From Dimorphilus gyrociliatus (Eukaryota > Animalia > Annelida): a stretch of DNA of 64,000 nt. The stretch covers positions 4,046,408-4,110,407 of the forward strand of contig CAJFCJ010000006.1 in assembly GCA_904063045.1 (NCBI GenBank), written 5' to 3'. Below the pieces are notes generated by a model. The model made no database searches. It had not been told where the DNA came from and saw nothing but the letters and a program-made list of their open reading frames with translations. Shown piece by piece: positions 1 through 13,937 of the stretch. How positions within the stretch are numbered: position 1 is the stretch's first letter; each line of letters begins with the position of its first letter. The position numbers and the translations under genes were made by a program.

Positions 1-35
1 TGTTGATACATCAACGTATTCACTTTTAAGTTTAG

Positions 36-3000
36 GAGAATATTTTAAAGGAACTGCTGATAAAACCGAGCCAGAAACTTTAATACCTATGATCAACTCA
101 TCTAATCTTCCCCTAGTTTATATTGAAACATCAAATACTAGAATTTTCTTATTACCTAGCGATAAATCTATAAGAGATGATAAATCAGATTCTGGATTTT
201 GTGAGTCATCTACACCTATAGAATTAGATGCCTCTGTCATTGAAATAAGTAGTATTAAAGTTACCCCAAGAGCAACAAATCCCCTATCAAGAATAGTCGT
301 AAACGAAGAACTCTATAAGAGAGCTGTTAGAGCTTCAATAACTTTATATCCTGGAAGTGATATTGAGGATAGACAATATCAATTGGACTTTTCCGGCGTT
401 TCATTAATGTGCGGCCGTTGGGAAGAATTAATGAAATCGGAAAAGATTGATGATGATTCAACTATACAAAATCCAGCTTTTGAATGGAATAATTTATTTT
501 CATATAATAGGTTCATTATTTTAATTTGTTTGAGTAATTTCTATAGAAATAGTATTAATTATTTTATCAAATATTTCAGTTCAGACAATCCTAACTCCCT
601 TCAATCGATTGTCAATCAGATGGATATTAGACTTGTACTTGCTCCGTCAATTGTTTATTATCCTCCTGAAGGAGCTGCTCAACTGGTATGTGGTCATTCA
701 ATGGAAGGCTGCGCTCTTTCGGATGTTAACGTTAATTTGAATATTACTGAAATTAAACTGCTTTATTATATAGTATTTTCTAATTTACATTTTGTAAGTC
801 TACTACCATTTTTCTCCGATTTTTTTACGGAGAAACTTAAAGAAGAAAAATCTGTAGAGAAGATAGCTATTGCCAAAGAAGCGAATAATTATTCTATACC
901 AATTGGAGCGTTAATTACTGCTAATAGGATCAATTTGACAATATCTGATACACATTCTAAAATACTAACAAGTTTTATTCAACCTCACACACTTTTACTT
1001 AGCGGAAATGGCGAAGAAAAAGTTGAAATAAGTTGCTTTGACGCGTCACTTATAGTTCAACATTTTGGTTTGTATTATACATTTAATATGATGAAATAGT
1101 ATATATATATATATACAGTAATATATATATATTCAAATATTCAATAGACAATGAAAAAACAGTTGATTATGCACTGTTGGAGACGAAAACGGGCCGGCTA
1201 AATCCAAAAACTGGTATACCTCCAGCCTTATGTACATTGGTCTTTTTTAACTTTCTCTCTCCAACGGATTGTAAGTAGTTTTTGTATTTTTTGTTCTAAA
1301 TTGTTACAAGTTTATTAAACTAATTTCATTTCTAGCCCGATTTGAATTAAGAATAGAAAGACCAGTAAGATTTTCTCTATGCGATAAGAGATTAACCTGT
1401 CTATTAGAAACAATTGAAAAACTAAGACCAGTTTTTGAAGTAAACTTTAAACCAACAAAAGCGGAGAAAACGTCAAAAACTGTTAAAACTAAAGATTCTA
1501 GCTTAAAGATATTAGCTAAAGAATTTGAATTGAAAGCTACTGAATTAAATATAGCACTTTACGGAAGTGACTCAAATGATAATAAGATTGTTTTGACGAT
1601 ATTTGAACATTTTGGTCATTTTCATTTCGATATTAAAAGTCGAAAGAGTAATATTCAATACGATATTCTGGATATGAATATTAAATGTTTTAAGAATAGG
1701 AAAGAACAGCTCCTATTACTTCCCACATCAATTAGGATGGAATGTTCCATGTTTGAAACGGATATAGATATTGGTTTTCATATAGATGATATACTTATCA
1801 AGATGAGTGAAAATCAATATGAATGTTTATTAAATGTCTATACTCATTGGACAATGCAAATAAATGAATTTTTGAGTAAATTGTCCAACAATCCAACTGA
1901 AGATTTAGAAAATAAGGCAAATGTTAAGTACGATAGGTGCATATTCGCTTTTCAAACATCTTACGACGATCTGAGAAATGGTGAAATGGAATATTCGAAA
2001 GAGGAGATAGAAGATTTAAATTGCATACCTTTACCTAATAAAATTGTGTTTGCCAAACAACGTAACGAAGCGGCTCTTCTATGGTCATACGACGAACCGA
2101 GAACAATTTGCCAACTAACAATAAAACCTATACCTTTGTTAGTTGATGAATTAGAAGAAATGTATCGGGATGATATTTCAGTTTCTCTAATATTACAATA
2201 TTATAATGAGGCGAAAAGGGAATTTGAAGATTATTCAAAATTCGATGTTGGTGAGAATTTTACATGTCATGCAAGACTTTGGGCAGTTGAAGAGAGGAAC
2301 CTATCAAAATTACAATCAGCTAGGACGTGGAGAATTTATATTCCTCCTAGATACGAACACTACTCTATTAGTCAAAGGTTAGTTAGAAAGATAAATCTTT
2401 TCATTCTTTATTGTAATCTAATTAATCGTTTTAGGACGGTAAGAGATTCTCTTGTCGACGAGTGTCAAAATCCAGTTGTTGATCCAATGACCCTTGTAGC
2501 AGCTGCAAAATTAAATTCCTGTATTTGTAATCAAATTGATTCAAACCTGTCTGTCTTCTTTACTTGTCGTACATTCGGTTTTCAACTTGAACATGATTAC
2601 TCCTATTACCTTGAACGAATGGATGATAATGCTCCATTAAATTCTTGTCAGTTTTTCTAAATTATACATATATTTATATATATTATTTTAACACATAATG
2701 AAAAAAACGGAAACGATTAATTTACATATTTCTTTTTTAAATAGCTATTTTACAAAGTAACCAAATATTTCATATGGCGAAATTATGCAACATCTATCCA
2801 AGAACGTTAATGGTATTGAATATTAATGATTTCAAATCAACTTTTTCATCAATGAATGGAAATTTTAATAAATTATCGGCTAACTTAATGAAAATTGATT
2901 TAGAAGTTGTTGAATATAGAAGATTAAGAAAGAATAAAATTGCTACTTTCGAAGGAAATTGGGATTTTAATGTTGTATTTAAAAAAGCCGAAGTAATTAA

Positions 3001-6000
3001 TTATTTCTTGATATTTTAATAATTTATTAATTAAAATATTCATTCTTTATTATTTAATAGAAAATAGATATGACCGCTCAAATGAAGGGAAAGCACGAAA
3101 TAATATTTAACGATAGTATTTTGCATACTATCTACGCAACTGCAAATCTATGGAAAGAGTCTACCGTTAATCTAACAGCTCAAACTCTACCCGTTTTAGA
3201 ATGTCATTTAATATGTAATAACACTATTCACGATATATATTGTAAACAAGAAAATACCAATGAAACAATTCACATTGAAAGTCATCAAGCTTTCCCGTTC
3301 TCTTGGACAAATGATTGTAACGGATATCCTGTACGTATTATACCTATATAATGAACTATTGAAAGTTTTCATCCGTTCTCATAATATATTTCCATCCTTT
3401 AAATAGCTTATAAAACTCTCGTTGGATCGTCTCTATTGGAGTGAAGCTTTCTCCCTTGATTTTATTGATATAAACGACAAATCTAGAAGATACATGTCGA
3501 AATGTATAAAAATTGAGAAAGATTGCGTAATTGTCCGTATAATCAGATTAAGCTCTTATCAATCAAAAATTATCATCGATGGAAATGTTATATTTGCTAG
3601 TCGACTGGATATTCCAATATCAATTCGTTCCGATGTACAAGATGTTGAAAGAACAATGAAAATTGATTCATTTTCATCTGGATTTTCAACGATAAATGAT
3701 TCGGAAACGAAATATTTTAAAATCAGATTTCTAAGTCCAAATACACTGTGGTCTGAAAATTTTAAAATTCAAAGGGGAAGTAGCTGTCTACTTAAAGTTC
3801 CTTTGCAAGATCGAATTAATTTTATAACTGTTTGCTGCCACTTTATTGCTGAGAAAGTTTGCCAAAATGAAACTATTGACTTTGTTCTCTTTACACCTTT
3901 ATTCGTGATAAGGAATCATCTTGCAACTCCTTTATTGACAAACGTTTGTACGAAGAAATCGAAGGATCATCAAGAAATAACGTTATCAGGAAAGGGTCAA
4001 GATTATCAATTGCATTTAATGGCTGTTGATCAAGCAAATTTGCTTACGTTTAAAGCTGGGTTAGTATTCATGCATATACTGTTTTTTATCAAGTAAATGA
4101 TACTGATAAATGATATTTAGGCCATCTTTAACATCATCTTCGCCTGCTGTCAGTCTATCTTCCGATCTCTTGCCGACTTGTGACAGCTTAGCTAGTACTA
4201 ATACAATGGAACTAATTGACAACTGGTATAAAAATATGGCAAAGATATGGCCTTATAATGGGTATTTATTTGGAACTCTTTTAAAATGAATAATAATGAA
4301 TAATAAATGAGTTTTTGAATTTATTTTAGGAACAAAAGTGAGGAGGATTTAGACAAATTATCATTTTCCGATCCTCCTACGAATAATGATCCTAAATTTA
4401 ATTTTGGAATAAAATCAACGTTTACTATCCAACCTCCGTCACCGTGTCAATCTGATAAAACTGCAATGCTAAATCAGCCTGCAGTGAAACTTCAAGTAAG
4501 ATTATCGTCCATGTATCCAGGACTGAAAACTCTTCTGATTGATGTTAGTCCCGAGTATCTTTTGGTTAATGAATCATCATTTAATTTGGTGCTTTCGACG
4601 AACGATGAAGTTATGGAGATCTTAAGAGATAGTACCGTTGCACCTCCTATAGGGAATAGTTTCAAAATTGGTCTTCAACTTGAAAAGGATATTGCATGGA
4701 GTCAAGATATAAACATGTCCGATTACGATATTAGCTCAAGATTTCTACACAAAGTCGATAATACATTATACTTGAGCGATCAAATGAGAATCATTATCAA
4801 ATCGGATGAAGGGTTGTCTATATTAGTTTTAAGAGCTGTTGAAAGGAATGGAATAAGAGTTATTGATGTTAGAGATGCCTACGTACTTGAATCTGGTCTT
4901 GAAGATGCAGTTAATGTTCAATGTTTAGCTGTTGAACTAAAGGAGGAAAGGGGGCGTTCAATAGACATTCAAAATTTTATGTATACACTTAAGAAGGGTA
5001 AAAAATTCTCCATACCATTCTGGAAAGTTTTAGAAAAAGACACCATCAACGTTCCCGTTCTCTATTTGCGTTTCGCCACCGAGTCTAACGATTGGTCTTT
5101 ACCTTTACGCGTTCGAAATCCAGATACCGAAAGGATAATTAGCTTTGAATTGGTTAATAGTACTCCATCAATAATTCATATGCAACAAAGATACGGAGTA
5201 ACGTATTTGAACGTTGTTGAAAACAAATGCCCAATGATAGTTTTTCATAACTATTGTACTGTAAACATTTTAGTTGGAGAACATGTTGAAAAGGATGGTA
5301 CAATTGACGAAGAACAAGAACTCTTGTACAGTATCCCGTGTATTCTCAGACAAAGCTCATTAAATTATACACCATCATCAATTGATAGAAGTTATCCGTC
5401 CCTTACTTCGGCAACATTTAAAATTGTATTCGCCTTGTCAGCAGGTCAAGATCGTTCATGGAGTTCACCAATCTTATTAATAGGCGACAATGAACTCTCC
5501 ATAAAGTTTATTCATATACCTCATTACGGTGATGTAAAATTGCATATTGAAAAGCACGGATCAACGTCTTTCGTTTATTTAACTCAAGTAACAAGATTTG
5601 ACATAAGAGCTGGTAGAGTAAGAGAACGTTGCGGTAGTATTAAAAATGATGAAGATGAAGCTCTTACAAAGGATGAATCAGCAAAGCACATAACTATAAA
5701 AAAAGACGAGGCAAAGAGAATTTTAGAATGCAATTTTGAATTTCTCCTATCCGATTTTCAATTAAGATTAACGGAATATACTACGAGCGGAAATAGAGAT
5801 GATCTTATCTGTTTGACGAGTCAAGCTATTAATATGAACTTTAGGAGATTTCAAGAGAAGTCTAACGATGCCTATAAATGGCAAATTCGTAATTCGATTA
5901 TGTTGGATATTGAAGGAATTCAAATCGAAAATGATAGATTTGGTATTGAACCTTTCGATTTTGATATCGTTTTTAAAAGAATCAACGAGAGCGAACGATT

Positions 6001-7409
6001 GGCAACTATTAAATTAGATCTGATTGAATGCGAGCGGGCTATCTGCATTGAGAATGCTTCAATTGTCTGTCGGCCAATAATCGTTCAGTGTGAAGATACC
6101 CTTATATACAGACTATTAAAATATTTGAAAGACTCATTACCGGTTCAAAAATTCCGGAAACAGAAGGAAGAAGACGGAGGAACTAAATTCTCTTTTAGGC
6201 CTATTATTGTTAATTCTGTCAATATAGCTGAAATTGAAGTTCTTCTTAGTGTTCATGCACAAATTAAAGTTTTTGTTGCAGCTGATCAATCGGCATTGAA
6301 GTTATCACCTTATACTAAGCTGAATGTAAGGTCAACGGCAAATCATTTTATTCAAGATATTGGAGTTCATTACGCCTCGAGTGCTCTATTTAGGGCAGGA
6401 CACGTAATAGCATCGCTAGAACTTCTTGGTTCACCTTCAACTCTATTGAGGGGTATTGGTACTGGCGTATCAGATTTCATAAGATTGCCTGTAGAAGGCA
6501 TTGCAAAGTCAGGAGCCAAAGGTCTTATTTCAGGAGTCTCCCATGGAGTTGCCTCCTTAGCTTCTAACATCAGTTTCGCAACTTTAACCTCAATTACAAA
6601 TTTTGCATCGAGTGTATCAAAGAATATGGATAGATTGGCTATGGACGAGGAGCACGAAAGACGCCAGGCCAGCGATCGAACTGCATTACCAGATGGGGTA
6701 ACTAGTGCACTTGTTAGTGGACTGAGTAATTTGGGACTTAGTCTTTTAAGCGCCGTCGCTGGACTTGCCGATCAACCTTTAAGACCAATACAAGACGGAT
6801 CAAACTCTCCTGGTCGGGTTATAAGTGGAATTGGAAAAGGTTTAGTTGGTGTAATAGCGAAGCCATTAGGCGGAGCCGCCGAACTAGTTTCAAGATCGGG
6901 AAAGGGTCTTTTAAGAACAGCCGGTTTATCAAGAACTCGCGGAAGAATATTAGGAGAATTTAACAAAATTCATAACTACACAGAATATAGATTTTGTAGA
7001 ATTCTATTAGAGGAAGTTTTATTTCAAACTATAGCAAGAATAGAGAATTTTAACGATATCATTAATGTTATTTTAACGAGAAATAAGATAATAATACTAT
7101 CTGACGAATCTTTTCAAATTTTAACAGAATTTGGAAGAAAACAAGTAAGTTGAATTTTTAAAAAGTAACTTCCTATTTCAATATTAATTGTTTTTTCTTT
7201 AAAAAAAAAACTAGGTGGATATTTCATTAAGCGATAAAGGTATCGTACTAGAAAGTAAGAGGAAAGCTGAAGTAGAAGATCGTCTAGCAAGATTTATTGG
7301 TGCTAAAAACGATCAAGAAGAGGATAATTCAAGGAATAAACTGTTAATTAGTATAGAACATCCAAAAAGATTGTATACTCTATTAAGATCTTCTCAATCT
7401 GCTTTTTAA
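36..7409 (+). CDS. VPS13B: VPS13B (Cohen syndrome protein) lipid-transfer protein, 3' part; multi-exon, 5' end lies outside the window
   Basis: ORFs 89-1099, 1530-2660, 2774-3019, 3070-3351, 3422-4096, 4466-7153 and 7215-7409 join through short GT-AG introns (e.g. 511-579, 2378-2434). The C-terminal 'HYASSALFRAGHVIASLELLGSPSTLLRGIGTGVSDFIRLP...GVIAKPLGGAAELVS' is the VPS13 C-terminal region of the VPS13B type. Stop TAA at 7407-7409. Confidence 0.9.
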
Positions 7410-7478
7410 AACTATTGGGTAAATGGTATGAAGAAATGAAGAAATATATATATATATAGTATATGAATTATTCAACTC

Positions 7479-7512
7479 AATTAATTAATTAATTAACTAA
7501 TTAATTAATTAA
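7479..7512. repeat. (AATT)n microsatellite between convergent VPS13B and TMCO3 3' ends
   Basis: aattaattaattaattaactaattaattaatt. Confidence 0.8.
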
Positions 7513-7738
7513 AAGTTAATTATATACAAAAAAAAATAATTGAAATCAATTTATATTTACATTTGGTTGTGAAAACATTTATTTTTAGAATAATTATTAA
7601 TACAATTTCTCTTTTTTAAACTATTTTCAATCCAGAAACTTTACTGAGCGCTAGCAACCTGTCTGAAAACACTATATTAATATATCATAGTTTATGTAAT
7701 TATCTTCTTATCTTCTTGTTTTAATTTTAATTATTACA

Positions 7739-10074
7739 CTACCTCTGACTATTCGATCGTCTCTTTAAGCCTATTGTCATATTCCAATGAACAAATCTCC
7801 ATAGAGCTGGCCATAGTATTAAACTCAAACAAGTGATGGCAAGGATTAGTAAATATATCTCCCTTGAAATTAATTTAAGAATTCTTGCCCTACTGCCCAA
7901 AATGAATGAAAATTCACTTATTTGAGCTAAGCCAATTGACGCTTTGAATATAATTAACTTTGAACTTTTAGATAAACAATAAAGAACTCCGAAACTTATT
8001 ACAAACTGTTTTATAATGTACACAATATAATATAAACGTATAAAAAATCCACTTAACAAACCTTTGATAAAACTATAGCAATTGTAAATGTTAGTAACAT
8101 TGCTGATTCCCACAATAGAAAACTTGGGTAAACGTGTAGACCTATTTAAAGTAACATATTTGTTTCAATATAAACAATATGCTTATATAGAATTTAGTTA
8201 TAAATTGTATACCTATAGAGGCAAAAAACAATGCTGAAAATAGATCTTTGATAGGGCCAAATAAAGAATCGATAAAATGCTGAGTTTCTTCACCTTTTAA
8301 TAAACGATATTATTAGAATATTAGATAAGCTTTTAGCCTGTTTTCGATCTACCTTGAGAACTGATTAAAGCACCTGCAACAAAGCATCCAAGTTCCATTG
8401 ATAAATTTAGTAAATCCGTTAGCTGTAAATGAGTAAGATTATAATCAAATACTCTATTTTCTAATAAAAATAGAAACTTTAATATAATCAATAGCGATTA
8501 TCTTTAATCAGTCAATTATAAACTATTAGATTTTTAAGGACACTCACCAAAAAGAGGAAGAAGACAAAGATAAGAACGAATGCTAATAGTAATTCTTTGT
8601 TATTTCTTTTAAGATACCTTTGTAGGAGACGAGTAAGACAAACTTTATTTATAATCCATCCAACGAGAGCAGTTACAATAAAATCTAGAAATTATTAATA
8701 TTTTGTTATTTTTTAACTTGCCCCAAATTAAAAGATAATCTACTGTACTTACATCCCAACAATTTTAACGATGTTATAGAATAGGAACCTATCACATTCA
8801 TTACGCTACTAGTTTCGGAAACACCTTCAGCCAAGCTTGGTAAGAGAGCCACAAGAACGCATAACCAAACGTCCTGCATAACTAATATACCCAACAGTAG
8901 GACTGAATATTCGGTAGAAGCTCCTTAACAAAGAAAAAAAAAGGGAAAAATGTTCAATAAAGAAAGAAACAATGGAATAAAAAAAACATAAAAACATACT
9001 TCAAACTGTTTCTTTTATTAAATAATTATTGAATAGAGTAAATCTACATTTGTTTACTATTAAGATCACCCACCCGCTTTTATTTCATTCATACAACCAC
9101 TTTATAAGTACAATAATCGTAAGAAGAATGATTAATTATTAAGAAATGTTAGTAAAAATTCCTGAAAAATTTCAATTATCAACATCAATTTTAACTTTAT
9201 TATAAATTTTCAAGTGGACATTGCCCTTGATATAAACACTCGTATCAGCATTTAAAATTCATTCGAATACCGGCCGGATTGTTACAGCTTGTTTACATAT
9301 GATACATCCATATATTGTACATATACCGTATATTAAAAAAATCAAGGTAAATATTAATTCAATATAATAATCTTTAATCCTATCAAATAAACTGTTACCT
9401 TACGTGATAATTACAATCTACCATTAAATCTTATATATTAAGTATTTCAATATTATTATTTATTTATAGTAAATTAAAGTAAATGAATGAATGATTAAAA
9501 CAGGCGGAGAAAGAGGAATGACAAAAAAAAATTAAAGGAGTGAGAGTGTTAGGAAGAGAAAGACGGTAAGAAGTATACAGAATATATATATATATATATA
9601 TAGGCCTAAACATTTATAATTAATTAAAGAAAGAAAAATGAATAAGAGATTATAAATATATATATATATATATAAGTATTATACATAATATTTATATATA
9701 GAAATTCTATTGAATATTATAATTTTAAAGAGTAATTATAGGAGATTTTTACGTGTTTTGGGCGTTAATTACTGATTAAATGTTACGGTTTTATAAGCAT
9801 ATAGATTTTTATGTTTCTTTTTTAGATTTGTTACATTAAACGTAAAGAATATTTGTTGATATTTTTTTTTTATATCCTAGAAAAAAAAAATAGTTATAAT
9901 TAGAAATATTTTATTTAACGTATAGGTGACGCTCCCGTAAGCTTGGTTTATTATAAAAATAGCAGCAAAAGTATTGTTTAATTCATAGCGTCCACACTAG
10001 ACGTTTTTTGCTGTTTCCTTTTCAAATCGATTAGCGAGAGAGTTGTAAAAATAAAGCATTAAAACAAAAATATA

Positions 10075-10105
<31 letters not shown>

Positions 10106-13100
10106 AACAATATATGTAAATATTCCTAATCGTCTAGTTTCTCTTGTCCAGAAATCAGGATAAAGTTTTTGGTACGTTAATTTATACTTTTTTTTATGCA
10201 TCTATATCATCTATATACTCTGTTCTATAGGCAGTATAAATGCATGCATATTATATTTGTACTGTGCATACTGTATACCCAATAATCTATTATTTAGATT
10301 AAGCTAGACGATAGAGAAAAGAAAGAAAGAAATGAATGAATGAACGAATGAATGCAAAAGCTTGTACCTTTCCCTTTTCAATTGTAGTAAAAAAAATACG
10401 CTTAAAAAAAAAAAGGGGAAAAAGTAATTGAAATTTGTCTAGAAACGAGGTAGGAAATGCATCAGCAATAGTTTAATAGTAAATACTAAAGATTACTAAA
10501 AAGTAAATTGTTTAATTGAAAAGAATGGCTAAACTATTTCTCATTTATGAATAGAGGGAAGGGATTACTTGACAAAATTATTGATTATCAAAAGACTATG
10601 TTCAAAGAATTAAAAATTGATTTTCTATCGTAGCTTAAACGACATATTTAAAATCTATATCGAAAGAGAATAAAGTGTTGACATAAGCACCATTTCCAAA
10701 AAGACTTTAGTTAAAAATTGCCATAAATAATAATAAAAAATTGATAATTATCTTTTTTGTTACCTAGAAATTCATAAAACAAAAAATATGGGCAAAAATT
10801 CCGATGAAAGTGATATGAATAATTTAAAAACAAGCAAGATAAAGATGGTAGGCTCATACATGAAGCGTACAGATCATCATTTGGAAAGCGAAATAAAAGA
10901 TCTATCCAAGGAACTTAAACACAAATTAGGTAGAATTGACGGCGAAGCTGGTCAAGTTAGACTTAAAGCTAATCAGTTAGTTGATGAACAAGAGAATGCA
11001 GCTTCTAGTAGGAGATCTAGTTTGGAAGATTCAAAATCACTAACGCCAAAGAGATCAAGCGTTAGTGGTAGTGAAGGTCTACTCGTTCCCCAGTCAAAGA
11101 ATTCAAATAGAAGAGCTAGTATGACTACAGTTTCCACACCTAATTCTAATACTAATACGCCTAGATCTCCAGCAAAAAGAAATTCGATTGTTGATATTTC
11201 AAGTGGAAATAGAAGGCAATCAGTTCCAGCTATTCATTTAGCCAGAAGCAGAGAGCAACTAAAAAAGAGTCAAGACAGCTCCAAGAGTGCCGCTAATCAT
11301 TCATCAAGAAGAGTTTCTATAAGTAGCTCCCTTAATGAAGAAGAAGAGGAGGAAATTATTGGCCCAAATTCTCTAGATTATCTAAAGGAATGTAGATACC
11401 TCCGCATCCCAGGTCACGTTGAAAGAGAACTATCAATCGATGAAGTTTTCGGAGACAATTGATAACAATGAATTTTTAACAGAGAAAACAAAAAAAAGGA
11501 GACCTTTCCACTCCTTTCCCTTTCATTTAACAAAATATACCAGATGAATAATAAAATATCCCAATAGCCTATCCTATTGTTGTATCATTTCTTTTTATAT
11601 CTTAATACAGTATCTAGCTAAATACAATAATAAAAAAAAAACAAATCTATTCTCCAGGGTCACGCATCTCTTCTCTTAATGTAATTTAGACTATAGGTGA
11701 TAAATATGCATAATTTAGTATATAAAACTTATAATCTATACATATATCTCATTAAATATGACCTATATTTTTCTTTTAAAGATTAAATCTCTTTTTGATT
11801 ATTTACATTAAACCTGAATATATATCTAATTATTATAAATATTTAATAAAACCATAAAAAAATGGTATTTTATCTCTTGTTTAATAGTAATAATTCGAGT
11901 CAATATTGGATGAAAAGCTTAAAAAAGCTTATCTTTAAAATACATAATTTTGATCAAGTACTACACTTAACTATTGTTATCTTTTAAAAAAAGGTTATCA
12001 ATAACATTTCAAAGGGATAGATCTCTTTCGTTTCTTTAAAAAATTATATATTAATGAATTTTCTTTACCTTCCGCTTCCTGTTTCGATAGAAATTTTACC
12101 ACTAATGGAGTAGAAGATAAACCGAAACACGCAGCAACGAAACAACCTTCTTTAACTGATGTTTTAAATAGGAAACTATAACAAGCACCGCCCAAAATTA
12201 ACAATATCATCTGAGCACCACTTCCAAAACTTGCTAATTTCGCTACCTAAGCAATAAAATATAGATTAATAATTTTATTTTCTTGAAAAACAAACAAATC
12301 TAAATATAGATTACTTTTTTTATTTTGTCTGGTGAAAATTCAAGACCAACTGTAAATAGTATAAAAAATATTCCAAGTTGAGACAAAGTTTCCAATTGGA
12401 CTAGAGACTGAAATTTAATAACAACAATAATAATAACAAGATATTAAAGTAAATTTTATATTTACCGATATGGCGTTGAACCCTCCCGGACCTAAACATA
12501 CACCCGCCGCCATATGACCAAATAGAGTTGGTAAACCGCAAAGATGTGTTAGCCAACCGAAAATGCCACTTAACATTATTAAATAAGCTAAATCCTGTAA
12601 TTATCTTTGTATCATATTAAGTAATTTTTAACAAGTGACTAGTTACGTGAAGTAAATTATGATCTTCTCTTGGAATTGTTGTATCGGCTGGCCTTGACAA
12701 AACAAATTGATTGTCATAAGCGTCAACTAATCTTGGAAGGGAGTGGGCTTCTTCGTGATCTGCCATTGGTCCATTTTGTTTTTCAGCTAATCTTACAACC
12801 ATTTCCATAGCTGCTTGATTCTATATTTTTTCAAATATAACAAGAAATTCATAAGATATAATGGAATCCTACCTTCTGAGATTCAAAGAGAGCAATATCG
12901 AAAACGTGATCATCCAAATTCTTTTCCAATTTATCAGCCGCTTTCGATATCTCTTTGAGTATATTAACAATAACACCTTTAACCTTAGAGTGTCTTTGGT
13001 TCAAATCCTAAAAAGTGATTAAAGCTTTAATAATTTATATTATTACTATTAATTTGTTCAAACAGACTTTCATTCTATCAAATTTTTTTTCAGCTTGTAA

Positions 13101-13577
13101 TAATTGCTTATAAACAACTTCTTCTTTCAGTGCAGCCGAACGAAGATTATTTAATCGTTTCTCCGAAGATTTCTCAATATAAATAATATTCTCTATGTCG
13201 CCTTTTAGAACGTTATCCAACCATGCAATTGATTGAAATATCTGTTGTGTTGGCATCACATGGATTTTTTTTTAGTTATAAAGTATATTAACTAATTAAT
13301 TTTTCAATACCTCTATGCCAGAGTTATTCAACTCTCTGTGAAAAACTTGAAACACCTGAATTTGAAAATCTTTCATAGCTTTACCGAGATTTTTATTCTT
13401 TTCTATATTGGATATCTGCTTTTTTAAATTTTTCATTGCCATATCACGTTTACGCATTAGGACAGTAAGCTTTGAGCATGATTGCAGTGTCTTGTCCGAA
13501 CGTTTTTTCTTTTGAGCACAATTAATACAACTTATCACAATCATAAATGCAATTAAAGTTAAGTAAATTGGACGCAT
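7739..13577 (-). CDS. TMCO3: Transmembrane and coiled-coil domain protein 3 (CPA2/KefC-type cation/H+ antiporter)
   Basis: N-terminal signal peptide [21 protein letters not shown], coiled-coil exons, then exchanger motifs '[14 protein letters not shown]', '[12 protein letters not shown]' and '[44 protein letters not shown]'. One large intron at 8924-12068. Confidence 0.92.
9582..9602. repeat. (TA)n microsatellite
   Basis: About 10 TA units, read directly. Confidence 0.85.
10071..10104. repeat. (TA)n microsatellite, one interruption
   Basis: About 16 TA units, read directly. Confidence 0.85.
10788..11462 (+). CDS. Intronless 224-aa Ser/Arg-rich, probably disordered protein of unknown family, nested antisense in the TMCO3 intron
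   Basis: ATG-initiated 675-nt ORF in ~75% AT intronic DNA. It is preceded by an acceptor-like 'ttttgttacctag' and has coding-like composition, six [RK]RxS motifs and a C-terminal '[17 protein letters not shown]'. Confidence 0.75.
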   Translation: MGKNSDESDMNNLKTSKIKMVGSYMKRTDHHLESEIKDLSKELKHKLGRIDGEAGQVRLKANQLVDEQENAASSRRSSLEDSKSLTPKRSSVSGSEGLLVPQSKNSNRRASMTTVSTPNSNTNTPRSPAKRNSIVDISSGNRRQSVPAIHLARSREQLKKSQDSSKSAANHSSRRVSISSSLNEEEEEEIIGPNSLDYLKECRYLRIPGHVERELSIDEVFGDN

Positions 13578-13937
13578 CTTATTTAAATAATGTAATATCG
13601 TTCGTGTAAGCTGAGAGTTAATCGAAAATGTTAACTTTGTTCAAATTAACAGCCAATGAAGTTTGTCTAAAAGTTCAAAGTATTTTAATGAGTAGAATCT
13701 TGCAAACTGTTTAATACATTTTATTGAAGTGAAAATATGAAATTAAGCTTTTTACTGTTTCATTACATTACTCTCTCAGAGTAGTCACGCATAATATTTT
13801 TTATTACTCTTTACCAGTTTTCAAGTAAAAATCATGGGTACCCGTATATTCTACCAAAATATAGTATACTCAGCAAAGATTTTTGGACCACGCTGCTATA
13901 CTTTCATAGATCTAACACACATTTTAATGGTGTAACT

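Noticed and set aside
511-2434. In-frame stop-free introns (511-579, 2378-2434; also a 51-nt one in Sidekick) read through by the ORF track
   Set aside because: Several such 3n stop-free introns are expected by chance among more than 100 short introns; they are ORF-track artefacts.
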